DNA of 61,571 nt, filler included, from Platydemus manokwari (Eukaryota), in assembly GCA_037951405.1 (NCBI GenBank). It is 4 parts of 4 records of this genome, joined end to end, with 100 filler letters (N's around TTAATTAATTAA, not from the genome) between each part and the next. Parts side by side here need not be neighbours in the genome. Positions count along the whole stretch, not along the records: positions 40,371 to 52,264 come from JBBMOY010408888.1; positions 52,365 to 61,571 come from JBBMOY011283206.1; 2 more parts are not named here. One strand, 5' to 3'. How positions within the stretch are numbered: the stretch's first letter is position 1; every line of letters starts with the position of its first letter. Shown one piece after another: positions 41,526-52,919 of this stretch. The position numbers and the translations under genes are program-made. The notes under the pieces are model-generated. The model was not told the DNA's origin and did not search any database. It was given only the letters and a program-made list of their open reading frames with translations.

Positions 41526-43508
41526 ATTCTACTACTTTGACATATCTTGATCCTGAGAAAATTAAGGAAGATATCAGAAAAATTCTGGAAGAAGAAATGT
41601 AATTATTTTAATTGATATTGTTATAAAAGTTTAATGATTCATTGAATATACCATGAATTATCTCATAGTCGAAATATGGAGTTTTCGCGCAGAGTTTATT
41701 ATTTAGAAAAATGTAATCTCATTGAAATAAAAATAAAAATATGTAACTTATTTATTCCAACTTTCAAATACTTTTTTTAATAATAATTAATGAATAAATT
41801 AGATCACTGTTTGATCGATATTAGAATTAGTTTGCCTTTAAATTCAATAAGTATGTGCAACCATTGCGATTGATTTTCTAGAAATTATCACTATCTGTAG
41901 CAGATTAAATAAAATAAAATATTAATGAATTATATTATATTAAATTACTAACATTTCAATCAAGACATTGTTTATTGGTAAAGTAAATTTGTCTGACGGT
42001 AAGACCTATATTGATGGAGTAATTGTAACTCTCGCTGGTTGTAAATGAACTGATATTTGACAGAATATGTGCTACCAAGCCTAAAGGAGCGCATTTTGTT
42101 GATGAAAATCTTGATGCTGACAAGTGTCTTAACATGAAGAGATTTTAGTATTATTGATAAATAAGGATGATAACTTCCCAGTTTTCTTCTCACTTGATGG
42201 CGCTCTATGTTTTATTTGGTATTACTGCATTATTATTGTATGCCATTGGTTAGACCAGTAGTTTTCATATGTAATGATCATATAATACTTTCTGTATTCA
42301 TAATTTCATTTTCGTAGGTTTTTTAAAAGAAAATTACTCTACTTACCAGTTCCTCCTCGATTCAATATTTTCAAATTATTCTTTTCTTTAATATATGATT
42401 TTTGTTCTTGGTAGAATATTTTTATAAATGTCATGTGAGTTGTCTTTAGGTATTACGTAATTAAATAATGACAACTTTGAAATTGATGGTATTTGTTTGA
42501 TCCTTTTGAGATTCTATTCGATACAGATTTGTTGGAAAGTTTTTCATTAAGTTAAATTAATATGATTCTAAACCATGTCTTCTTAAAGCTGACTGATAAA
42601 GTATTTGAATTTTTTGAAGGTTTAGTTTTTATTAAATATAATTACTATCGACCAATATTATACATTAAAAATTTGTTTCTAGTCTTTCCGGTCGCATTCG
42701 ACCCGTTGAATATCAATCCAAAGATGTCAATGGAGTTTCTCATCAATCTCAAACAACTGAAATAGAGAGTCCAATACCAGAATCTTACAACACTAGTCGG
42801 GTGATTGGTTCAGAAATTTTCGACAAAGATCCACCTACTCAAGTGCAATCAACCATTGAAAATTCATCGAAACTAGAACAACAACAAATTGAGGAAGATT
42901 TCCAAAGAAAAGAAACTATTGTAGAAATATCTGATACCTTCGACCGAAAAGAAGCAATTGTTGAGCCTAATCCGAACGTTGATCGTAAATATTCTTATCC
43001 CAATGATAAAGATTACGTATTGAACGATCCGTCTCTTAATGAAATAGAAACCATTACTACTGTTGAAGTGAAAAAGCCCGTTAAATCGTACAAATTCAAT
43101 GAAACCATTGAAAATCTCCATCACGGAATTCCTGCTCATATGCATAATTCTGATAAAAATTCCAAACTCCGTGGATCGGATACGAAAAAGATGGTAATGC
43201 CATCCAAACACGAATCGTTTGATTCACAGATCGGTATTGTAATATCACAGAAAAATAACAGCAATAGTGACTCATTGCGCGATGAACCATTACCTCCTTT
43301 GACTGAGGCTGAACGTCAAACCAAAGAACGGGAACTGTTGTCGGAATTATTCGGTCAATATCAATCGAATAATAATTTGAAAAATCGTACAACAACTTTA
43401 CCATGGGATGCAAATGAACATGTAAAACCAAAAGTTCGAAATAGTCCGCCTAGTATTCGATCTATAGATTTAGGTAGATCTGAAGAAATCGAGGAAATAA
43501 TGTTATAA
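41526..43508 (+). CDS. LCA5: Lebercilin / LCA5-like ciliary protein, last two exons
   Basis: Exon 41526-41598 splices in phase to 42683-43508. Motifs YKFNETIENLHHGIP (cf. LCA5L YSFTEATENLHHGLP), ELLSELFG (cf. LMEQLFG) and terminal EEIEEIML* (cf. DEIEEVAL). The N-terminal coiled-coil exons are not in this contig. Confidence 0.75.
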
Positions 43509-46317
43509 GCACAATTGTATTGTTTAGTGTGTGTGTGTGTGATCTAGAAATATCTTTTTTCCGTGGAAGTGCATCGAAAAAAGTTTTTATCAGTCATTTT
43601 CGCACCAAATTTCTACATCAAAAAATATAAATAATAATAATAATAATAATAATGATAATATGTAGAACGGTTCTAGTTGTGATTGTGATGTACTCCATTG
43701 TTAAAGATATCCGAATTAATATTTTTAAGTCTTTCATTAACAAGTAGAAGTAGAACACAGTGTGTTGTTTAAATTTTTACTTATATTATATTTGTAAGAA
43801 ATTCAGTATGTCAATAAAATAATTTCACTGTGTTGGATTCTTTGATATGGGTATTCCCAATATTAAATTTCAATTTTAAAATGACAAATATGAATTTTTA
43901 GATTTTTGAATTGGTTTTGAGACTATCTTTGATTACCTCCCCTCATTTGTTCTGCTAAATGTTGACTGACGGCATCAACATGGTGTAGATCTTGTCATAG
44001 CTTTCCAAATTGGAATAATCACTCGACTAATATTTATGTGTTTAATCTGCATATAAACCATACCAGGTTCAATATGATAGTCGGGTCTATAAAATTCGTA
44101 TTCAAATTCTGGACACACATTTGTAAATTAGATTTGAGTGAATGTGTATTTGTACAATCTGGTTTTGAAAAAACCCATTGCATCTATACGAGAACGTTAG
44201 TGTGAAATATTTGTAATTTGTCGTTCAAATGGTGAGTGTATGTATAATGAAGACAAACGTTCAGTCTAAAAGTCTGATACCCCGAAAATTAATAAAATAA
44301 TTTAGAAAACAAACTTGAAAAAATTATTATTAAATTCTTTTGAATACGAATCCAATGCATCTACGATATCTGAATATATATGTTTTTTCAGATGAACTTT
44401 TAGACTGAAAAATATCAACACTCCTGGGACAATAATATCATGACAAATTGTTAAAAAATTGAAGAATGATGGAACTTATAACCATTGGCTAAGCATTCTT
44501 TGATTTGTGGTCCATCATGTAATCAGACCTTGGTACTGTAAGCCGCTGCTATTTTAAAAACCATTCGTTGAAAACTAACTAAAATATAGTCCCTCTAAAC
44601 TTCATATTATTTAAGTTTCATATAAAATATCAGAATCATTCGATAAGAAACATCACTTAAAATGAGAAATTTATAATTTCTAAAATTTGGAGCAAAATTT
44701 ATCATAAAGAATTTGACAATTTACTATAAATACCAGAGCAAATTTCTGATAATCTGAAATATTAACTGATTCATTATAATATTTTCATTCAAATTGAAGC
44801 ATAAGTTCTCTGCCAAATATGTATATTTGTGTTTTGTTCTCTTTTTTGACGATTTGTGGTTGACCAAAATTTTAATTTATGATTTGACAATAATTACTGC
44901 CAGGACCATAATTATAAAAAAAGTCTGCAACATTTTTTATATTTATAAAAATTAAAAGAAAAATGAAAAAATGTTTCTAAAATCGATTTCTAAATCCAAC
45001 TTGTTTTTATACTGAACTTCATGATTTGTGTATTAATGTTGATACACAAAGAAATTTGTCAGAAAATAAAAGTTACACCAAATAAACTGTTTGGATATGT
45101 GTAATATATTTTAAGAATTTTTCTTTAATTATAATCGGCAGGCTAATGACATACTCTAATAGTGAAACAGAGGATAATGAAATAATATCAATGGGTGCTA
45201 GATCATATGAATAATGGAAAAATTGAAATGCCGAAACATGCTACAATACACAATAAATATGGGCTAATATAAAATGAAAATGATAAATAGAATTTTTCTC
45301 ATAATGCATCGAAATGACTGACCTCTGAAGACATCAATCTATCAATTCTTCTTCATTTAAATTAATATTGTCTATTATTTATAATTGAATTAATTAAGAA
45401 TATATTAATTACGTTCTTCAAAAATATAGAGTAAATTTAAGATAATTCAGTAATAATAATTATCATAATTTTATTTATATTAATAATCATTGGTGGCTTT
45501 ATATTGTTTTCAAATTAAGGCTTCTAAAATATTAGATGGTAATAAATCCTAAGAAAGTTCTCATTATCATCAATAAATACTAAATGATTCACCACCTAAT
45601 CATCATTAAAATAGAAATTCATTTTTTTGGTTCTGCAAATTGAAGAATGATCAAATAAATTATGATTAAAATTCTGAATATCATTTGCTACATAATTTTC
45701 AATTTGTAATATAATGAAAGTATTAAGCCTTTTATTCAGAATAAAGAAATGTTAAACGTATTTTAAAGTTGGAAAATGGCTTTTCGTCTCAACTGATCTC
45801 ATCGACAGAGTCAGAATATGTGATAGAGCTATTGTCATGATTTTTAAGATTAGGAAATATTTTTATGTCATTAATCAATTTTATAAATAATTAATCCATG
45901 GTTGTCTTATATTTAAAAGAATATCTCTGGTTGTCTCCAGTTGTTATCGAGAATTCAGTAGTGGAGCTTTATCCTAATCTTTAATTGATAATTCTCTATA
46001 TATAATANNNNNNNNNNNNNNNNNNNNNNNNNNNNNNNNNNNNNNNNNNNNNNNNNNNNNNNNNNNNNNNNNNNNNNNNNNNNNNNNNNNNNNNNNNNNN
46101 NNNNNNNNNNNNNNNNNNNNNNNNNNNNNNNNNNNNNNNNNNNNNNNNNTTCATTGTGCATTTACAAAATATATTTTCATTATGTAACATAATTTTTGGA
46201 ACTTTGGAATATTTTTATCAAGTCAATCATTATAATAATCGAAATGTGATAATTCTAAAGGTAAATCATTGAAAAGTTCAGGTACGCTCTATTCAATGAC
46301 GATTATGTAATATCCTC

Positions 46318-46325
46318 TATAAAAG
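46318..46325 (+). promoter_or_regulatory. Candidate TATA box of the NPC2-like gene
   Basis: TATAAAAG 50 nt upstream of the ATG at 46368; the AT-rich background limits certainty. Confidence 0.45.
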
Positions 46326-46367
46326 GTATATAAGTAATCGAGATTAAAACACGAGTATCAATTGAAA

Positions 46368-46826
46368 ATGATGAAGATTTATAGTTATATTATTGTCATT
46401 GCTCTGTATTTCACAGTTACCACTGCACTTGATTTGAAACATTTTACCGATTGTTCACCATCTCGAGTCATCAAGCGTGTCAGTATAACTCCGTGTTTAC
46501 ATGAACCATGTGCATTAATTAAAGGAATGAATTCTTCGATTTCAGTTGAATTTGATTCAAAAGATGCTATAACATCAGGAATTGTAAAGGTTAGAGGAAT
46601 TAAGCTCGGAATACCAATGCCGTTCAATTTACCAGAACCAGAATTGTGTAAAGGTCTCAAGCCGAGTTGTCCTACCAAACCCGGAACAACAGTAACTTAT
46701 TCGAAATCAGTTTTTGTCCAAACTTATTATCCAGATTTACGATTATCAATAAAATTCATATTAAGCGATCAAAACTCGAAAGTTTTAGCTTGTGTTTTAT
46801 TCCCTTCATCTATTATCAAAGGATAA
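46368..46826 (+). CDS. NPC2: NPC2 / ML-domain secreted sterol-binding protein, intronless
   Basis: Hydrophobic signal peptide; six cysteines in NPC2 spacing (FTDC, TPC..EPC.L.KG, LCK...CP, AC); YPD motif; NSS glycosylation sequon. The first ATG is at 46368 (the track start is TTG). Confidence 0.93.
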   Translation: MMKIYSYIIVIALYFTVTTALDLKHFTDCSPSRVIKRVSITPCLHEPCALIKGMNSSISVEFDSKDAITSGIVKVRGIKLGIPMPFNLPEPELCKGLKPSCPTKPGTTVTYSKSVFVQTYYPDLRLSIKFILSDQNSKVLACVLFPSSIIKG

Positions 46827-47561
46827 AGTGACAATTTATGTTGATTAACATTACCAATATTGAAATGTTACAACTAATATCAATAATTTTTGTTTATTAT
46901 AATTAAAAATATAATTTTGTTTGAGAAATTTTCTTTTTAATATTTATGATAATCATAAAACATTTTAATTTGGTATGAATTGTTACAAATTATTACAAAT
47001 GATTATTTATCATTGTATTGGGTTTTTAATGAATTTAACTTTGTTTCTACATTTTAAAATACTTCTAAAATCAATTTGATTGAATTTTGGAGTGTAATAA
47101 TACATTTCTTCTTATGAAATTATTAATTTTTAATTCTACATTAATCTGTCTTGTTGATTAATTAATTTTCAACTCTACATTGATAATATTAAACCTACTG
47201 AAATTATATAATTTGATATTTAATTTTTACATAATTAAAGCAAATGAATTTGAGAAATATCACATTTTTAAATAAGAAAAAACGAAAACCCATTTAAGAT
47301 AATTTAAACTTTTCAAGTTGTTGTCTAATCATGAAAATTAAAACTTATACAAATCCAAAATGATTTATCAATATCTATCATCACCAGCTTGATCAAACGA
47401 AATTGTATCTTTATATATTCAAATATATTCAAATCAAATAATGAAAAATTGTAACATAAAATCATTATACTGTTAACGTATTATTATAATTTTTTCTATC
47501 AAATGCAATATCTTTGAAACACCTTAGCCTATATTTATAATATGAAATGATATACTTTTAA

Positions 47562-47632
47562 CACATTGACGGACAAAAGGAACAATTGAAGTTCGAAATT
47601 GACGGTTAAAGTCGCAAGTGTCCGTCAACGTG
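47562..47632. mobile_element. 71-bp piggyBac-like miniature element
   Basis: TTAA-CACATTGACGGACA...TGTCCGTCAACGTG-TTAA: 14-bp TIR with one mismatch and a TTAA target duplication. Confidence 0.8.
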
Positions 47633-47890
47633 TTAATAATATTGTATTTCTATTAACATGGATGATTTTTTGAATATTTTGTTGATAATGGTCTTAATGT
47701 TTCTTGTGAAATGCTTTTCAAATAACATGATAACTTTAGAAGGATAATTATATAACTTTTATTTTTGTGTTCTCTATTTCGGATATCATTTATTATCTTT
47801 TTGAGTGACAACAAAAATAGGAATTATAACTCGAATAGCAGAATATCAAAATAATTTTATTACTCATAAAAATACATTCGATTTCATGAT

Positions 47891-50312
47891 TTACGATTCA
47901 TTTAATTGTTCAATAACAGCCTGAATAAAAATTCTATCAACACAGAGACCTTCTGATCTGTTTTCGGTTTTTGTCTGAATAAATACACATTGGTGAAATT
48001 TAGCCAAACCCTCGGATGCTTGTTTTACAATTTCTGTCAAATAGTCTGTGGAGAAAAAATAACTTCTCGTCCCATCCTGACGAGTGTACCAGTTATCGGC
48101 AAGTTTAGTCTGTCTTCCAAATCTCAATTGAGCTTGATCGTAAAGTCCATAATCACGGAACAACAATTTGCCACCGGGTTTAATAATCCTAAAATGTTTT
48201 CAATCAATTAGAGAATTATTGGTGATATATTATAAATTCTCAATCGAAATTGATTGGATATATTTTAATATAGGGCTTGCAACATGTATGACTCATCAGC
48301 GAATGGTTTCGAATAACAATTAATGCAATGAAATTTTGTTTTTATTCATCACGTGATAATTAAATTGATAGATTTCAAAAATTATTATGTCTAGTTTACA
48401 ATAGTTGGACGGCAAAAATTGCTAGCCACAATGAAACACGTGTTATTGGTGAGTAAAGAAGTACTTTAAATAAAATATCTTGAAGATAAAATATAAAATA
48501 ATTCAAAAATGATGAATTTGTTTTAACTAATTATCTTAATTATACCGCAGGATGAAAACCAAGATCAAACTTACGAGAAGAGATTTTTCAATGCAGAAAC
48601 GTGTTTATCTGGATGAATAGCAGACAAAACGAATATGCATGTGACAACGTCAGCCTTTTCCATTTTAGAAATGAGCTTGTCCTCTGTAATATCCGCTACA
48701 AAAGCCGTGGCAATGCTTCTCTGATTGGCTTGTTCATAGCGAGCATCTTTTATCAATAAATTCACAGCCACCGGTGAGAAGTCACAACAATAATATCGAC
48801 ATTTGTTATCGACATGATCGTTGATTTCATCAAGAAGCGGTAAAAAGAAATTGCCCACCCCACAACCCACCTCCAAAAGCACTGGAGATTGATCACCGTA
48901 GATTTCCGACACTTTTGATGGATCATAAAACGGTGATAAATCGTTGAATTCTCTCAACAACCAGTGACGATCTTTGAAGAATTTCGTTTGATTTCGCTTG
49001 TAAAATAAATCCCAATTTTTTTTGGCATCCTTCTCTAGTTTTCTTATTTGAAAATCTTTGACTACAGATTGTCCCTGCCTTTCCAATTGTTTCCTTTGAT
49101 CTTCGTTTAAAAGACGTTCGATTTCAGTTTTCGTATGATTATCATCATTAATTTCATCAGTCGTTTGCAAAAGATTGCCGTTTGGATTCGATATTTTTGC
49201 ATTCACATCAATTACTAATTTATTTTCCAAGATGGCACTAATATTCTCTGATCTATCAATTGTTTTAAAAGATTCACAGTCCAAAGCATTACTTTCTCCT
49301 TCACTTTTATTTTCGTTTAACTCTACTTTCTTATTTTCTTTATCTTTTATTTCGTTCTCACTACATGCTTCATTTTCTTCCTCATCATATTCCTCTTCCT
49401 CGTTACTTTCTTCCTCATCACTTTCCTCATCCTCGTCACATTCTTCTTCATCGCTTTCTTCTTCCTGGTCACTTTCGTCCTCCTCATCCTCCTCTTCTTC
49501 GATATCTTCATTTTCGTTTCTCTCTTCCCCTTCACTGTCTGAATTTAATTCCAAATCCAACCCCGCATAGATATCATCATAAGTTAATTTTTTCTGAGCA
49601 TTGTGATCTTCGATTTCCAAATCCATTGAATGAAGTAGCTCTTCTTGGCACTTCAGCATTTCTTGACCAGTTTTACAGTAAGAATATGCATCCAAAATTG
49701 ACTTATTCAGCTTCATGAAACTATGACCCCATCCAAAGCAATTCATTACATCTTCAGCTTGTTGGATTTTTCCAGATATTGCTAGAAATCCTGCCAAAGC
49801 TTCGGCACAATTGAGTTTGCCAGGTTTACCATAGTTGACGGGATTTGCTGCTAACAGATATGGCAACAATCGAGCATGTTTATATTTTAATCTGCGAAAA
49901 TCGGTTGTTCCAACTTGAGCCCAACTACAATCGACGACTGCCAATCCTCCTTGTAACATGATATCAAAATCAGTTTCTGGATTTATACATTCTGTGGCAT
50001 TTGGTGCCAACACAATACCATTAAACTTTTCATTCATTTTTAGCAATCTAATCCTTCCTAATCTAACTAGTTTTCTACCACTGCAAATCTTTGGATTGCA
50101 TTGTTCCAAATCCCACATAGCCAATTTTACATCATTTTTCTCATTTTTATGATTGACTATGATTAATAGTTCAAAGTTAAAGTAATAAATAAATATGAAT
50201 CACCTGGATCTAGGGAATAACATGAACCAGTTTCTGATTTCGAATCTCTATGATAATTTCGCTGATTTTTAAAAATTTTATTACCATATTTAGGTTGATG
50301 TTTTCTACTCAT
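47891..50312 (-). CDS. TSR3-METTL6: TSR3-METTL6 fusion: 18S rRNA aminocarboxypropyltransferase + acidic linker + tRNA N3-methylcytidine methyltransferase (~662 aa)
   Basis: Exons 50312-50204, 50156-48575, 48188-47891 (1989 nt, GT-AG, in phase). TSR3 motifs: LAMWDLEQCNPKICSGRKL, VVDCSWA, RLLPYLLAANPVNYGKP.KLNCAEA, FGWGHSF. METTL6 motifs: KNWDLFYKRN..FFKDRHW, LEVGCGVGN, CDFSP, FVLSAIHPDK, KPGG.LLFRDYGLYD, RQDGTRSYFF, EGLCVDRIFIQ. Confidence 0.95.
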
Positions 50313-52264
50313 AACTGGCAAAAAAAATTTCAAATCTACCTATATTATAGATAATATTATTTAAACAATATTGAAATTTATCTCATTATTTTTATTAAAA
50401 TATTTGCTGTGGAATTAAGCAATTTACTATGCACATGTAATAAATCTAATATTATAACTTGATTTTCAATTTCAATATTATTTAAAAAATTTCAAACTAT
50501 TTTTGAATTACATCTTACCATAGAACTTACATGTTCTTTGATAGCTAAAGCAACAAAATTTTGTCTATTGTATCAAAATATTTTAGATGATAAATGAATG
50601 ATCTATAAAAAGCATTATAGATATTTTAAATGTCGGAGATAATTTTTGTTTCTAAAAATAAGTATTTTACCAAGTTCAGAATTTTAAATTCTAAAAAACA
50701 TAATTCAACTTCGTTCAATTTATTACTTGAGCATAATAAAATTCAAAAATTAATTAAATAAATTTTAATATTTTTTAATTTAATATTTATTACTACTTTG
50801 ATATACATACTAAACTTAATTGAAACTGGTGTTAAAACTAAAGCATTTGCAGATGCAGTCGAAAATATTTAATTTTTAAGTCTCAGTTTGGGCCAATTTA
50901 GTATATTTTTCATGATGAATATGAAAATATTTAGATACTAATATAAAAGTAGGTAGTGCTACAGAATTGTATGCGTTTATACATTAACTATGATTAAAAG
51001 CTTATGTAGGTGATATAATTGCACTTATTAGAATAGAAGGCTGAAGTCATCTATCAAATACAACTCTTGAAGACCTATCCTTACATTCTTGACATTGACA
51101 ATCGTTAACAATTATTTCTATTTAAATTTTCAATTATGAACCCAAATATGAAATATTAATTTATTAATATGTAAAAAATTAAAATTTATTACAATTAAAT
51201 CAAATTCATTAAACAAGCAATTCCTAATTGAAAATCAATTTTTCTTTCATCCAGAAAATCAAATAAAAAATATGAGAAATTCTTATTTCAAATCATTACT
51301 AATAATTTGCAGTGATTATTCTAAAAATTTTATTTAATAAATGCTATTTAGTATATATTAAACTTTTATTTCCAAAATTACTTTTTAATTCGAATGATTA
51401 ATTGACATTAGTTCATAAAGTAAGTTCACAAAGGCTATAAAACTACATTAATTTGATTATATTATTTGGAATCGATATCTTATAAATAATACATAAAATA
51501 ATTAATAAAATATCCGTGGTTTATGAGAAATTGGAGCAGAATAAATAAATAAACCATATTATATAAACTGGATCATTTTCGTTAAAAATAATCTCTTATA
51601 AATAATCTTTGGTTAACAATTGGCTTCGAGTATTAACTTTCAGAAATTAATATTTATTAGGAAACCTGCGATCTTCAAACTTGTAACGGCTCGTATTGCA
51701 TTCAGTAATCCCTTGTATTAATTCAAAATCACAGATATCGATAGAATTGTTCTAATGATCTAATCTAAAGAACATTATTCTGCTACAATGACTATGGTGA
51801 ATGATTTTGAAATCCACAAATTCTATTGACCTTGTTTATTTATGGTTTTTAATTGTCTTTCAAATAATTCCCTTACGGAAATTGCTGTAAGATGACAGTT
51901 ACTGCAAAATTTAAGTGACGAACAAAAGTAATATAGAAATATATTATAGAAATTTGAATGATAATTAAACATTTGAAAATCCGTAATGAAAATTTGTATG
52001 ATCTGTAATAATCAACAATGAGATTCTCTTGTCGCAAATATAGCAAGATATGTACTAATGGATTTGGAAACAATTAAGCGCAAAGATTAAGTTCTTATGT
52101 CTATGTGCGAAAATTTATGATTTAGACACTGTTTATATATTGTAGTTTGTTGCATTTATTTTGCGTTTTGGACCAAATTTTCCTAACTTTTTGTTTTTAC
52201 AACTTGTTAGGGTGTCCACGAGTACTGTTGAAAAGCATTCCCCCCCATTGTTGAATGACGCGGT

Positions 52265-52364
52265 NNNNNNNNNNNNNNNNNNNNNNNNNNNNNNNNNNNN
52301 NNNNNNNNTTAATTAATTAANNNNNNNNNNNNNNNNNNNNNNNNNNNNNNNNNNNNNNNNNNNN
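52265..52364. other. Artificial contig linker (N44-TTAATTAATTAA-N44)
   Basis: Same spacer design. Confidence 0.97.
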
Positions 52365-52919
52365 TTATTATTATTATTATCGTTATTATTATTATTATCG
52401 TTTTTAAATAATTATACCTTAAATGATTATAAAATCCCTAGTTTTGATGTTATTATTATTTATATTATTATTTTGTTTCATTATATATTATTATAATCTG
52501 TTTTTATTCTATATATCCTGCTTTTATCATTTAATCGATCACAACTATAGGTGATTCTGGAATAAGTCTGAAAATAAACATTTTTGTGAATACATTTTCT
52601 GGAAGCTATATAAAATTTTTTTAAATTTTGAAAAGTTTTCACCAATAAAAATATAATATAATATTTTATGTAGATAAAATTTATTGAAAAAATTTTCAAT
52701 TATTGATGTTAATACATAGATTATTTTAATGATTTATAAGAACTCTCCGAATAGCCAGCGCGGATAACAAATTAATTAAGCACATGTAATCCATATAGAT
52801 TATTGGTATAACATTGTATCATTATTTTACTGGAAACCATTATTGCCGATTGGATAATATCAGTTTAGTTTGTTTTGGATTTTGAATAGAACTAAAAATG
52901 AATAAAATTTAACTATATT

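Noticed and set aside
43930-44540. Exon-like minus-strand segments (e.g. CPEFEYEFYRPDYHIEPG or MQWVFSKPDC...)
   Set aside because: Every frame has internal stops and I recognise no family; it may be a pseudogene or TE but cannot be supported.
46385-46678. Antisense ORF over NPC2 (likewise 12645..12923, 24135..24338, 42873..43431)
   Set aside because: Antisense shadows of real CDSs with no recognisable motifs.
49175-49718. Plus-strand ORFs (poly-Ser 131 aa, His/Pro-rich 117 aa) and the alternate-frame Lys/Arg/Met ORF 49347..49535
   Set aside because: Shadows of the GAA/GAG/GAT acidic tract of TSR3-METTL6.
51300-52075. Possible MULE transposase remnant (DFE motif) on the minus strand
   Set aside because: Too degenerate; only one short motif.
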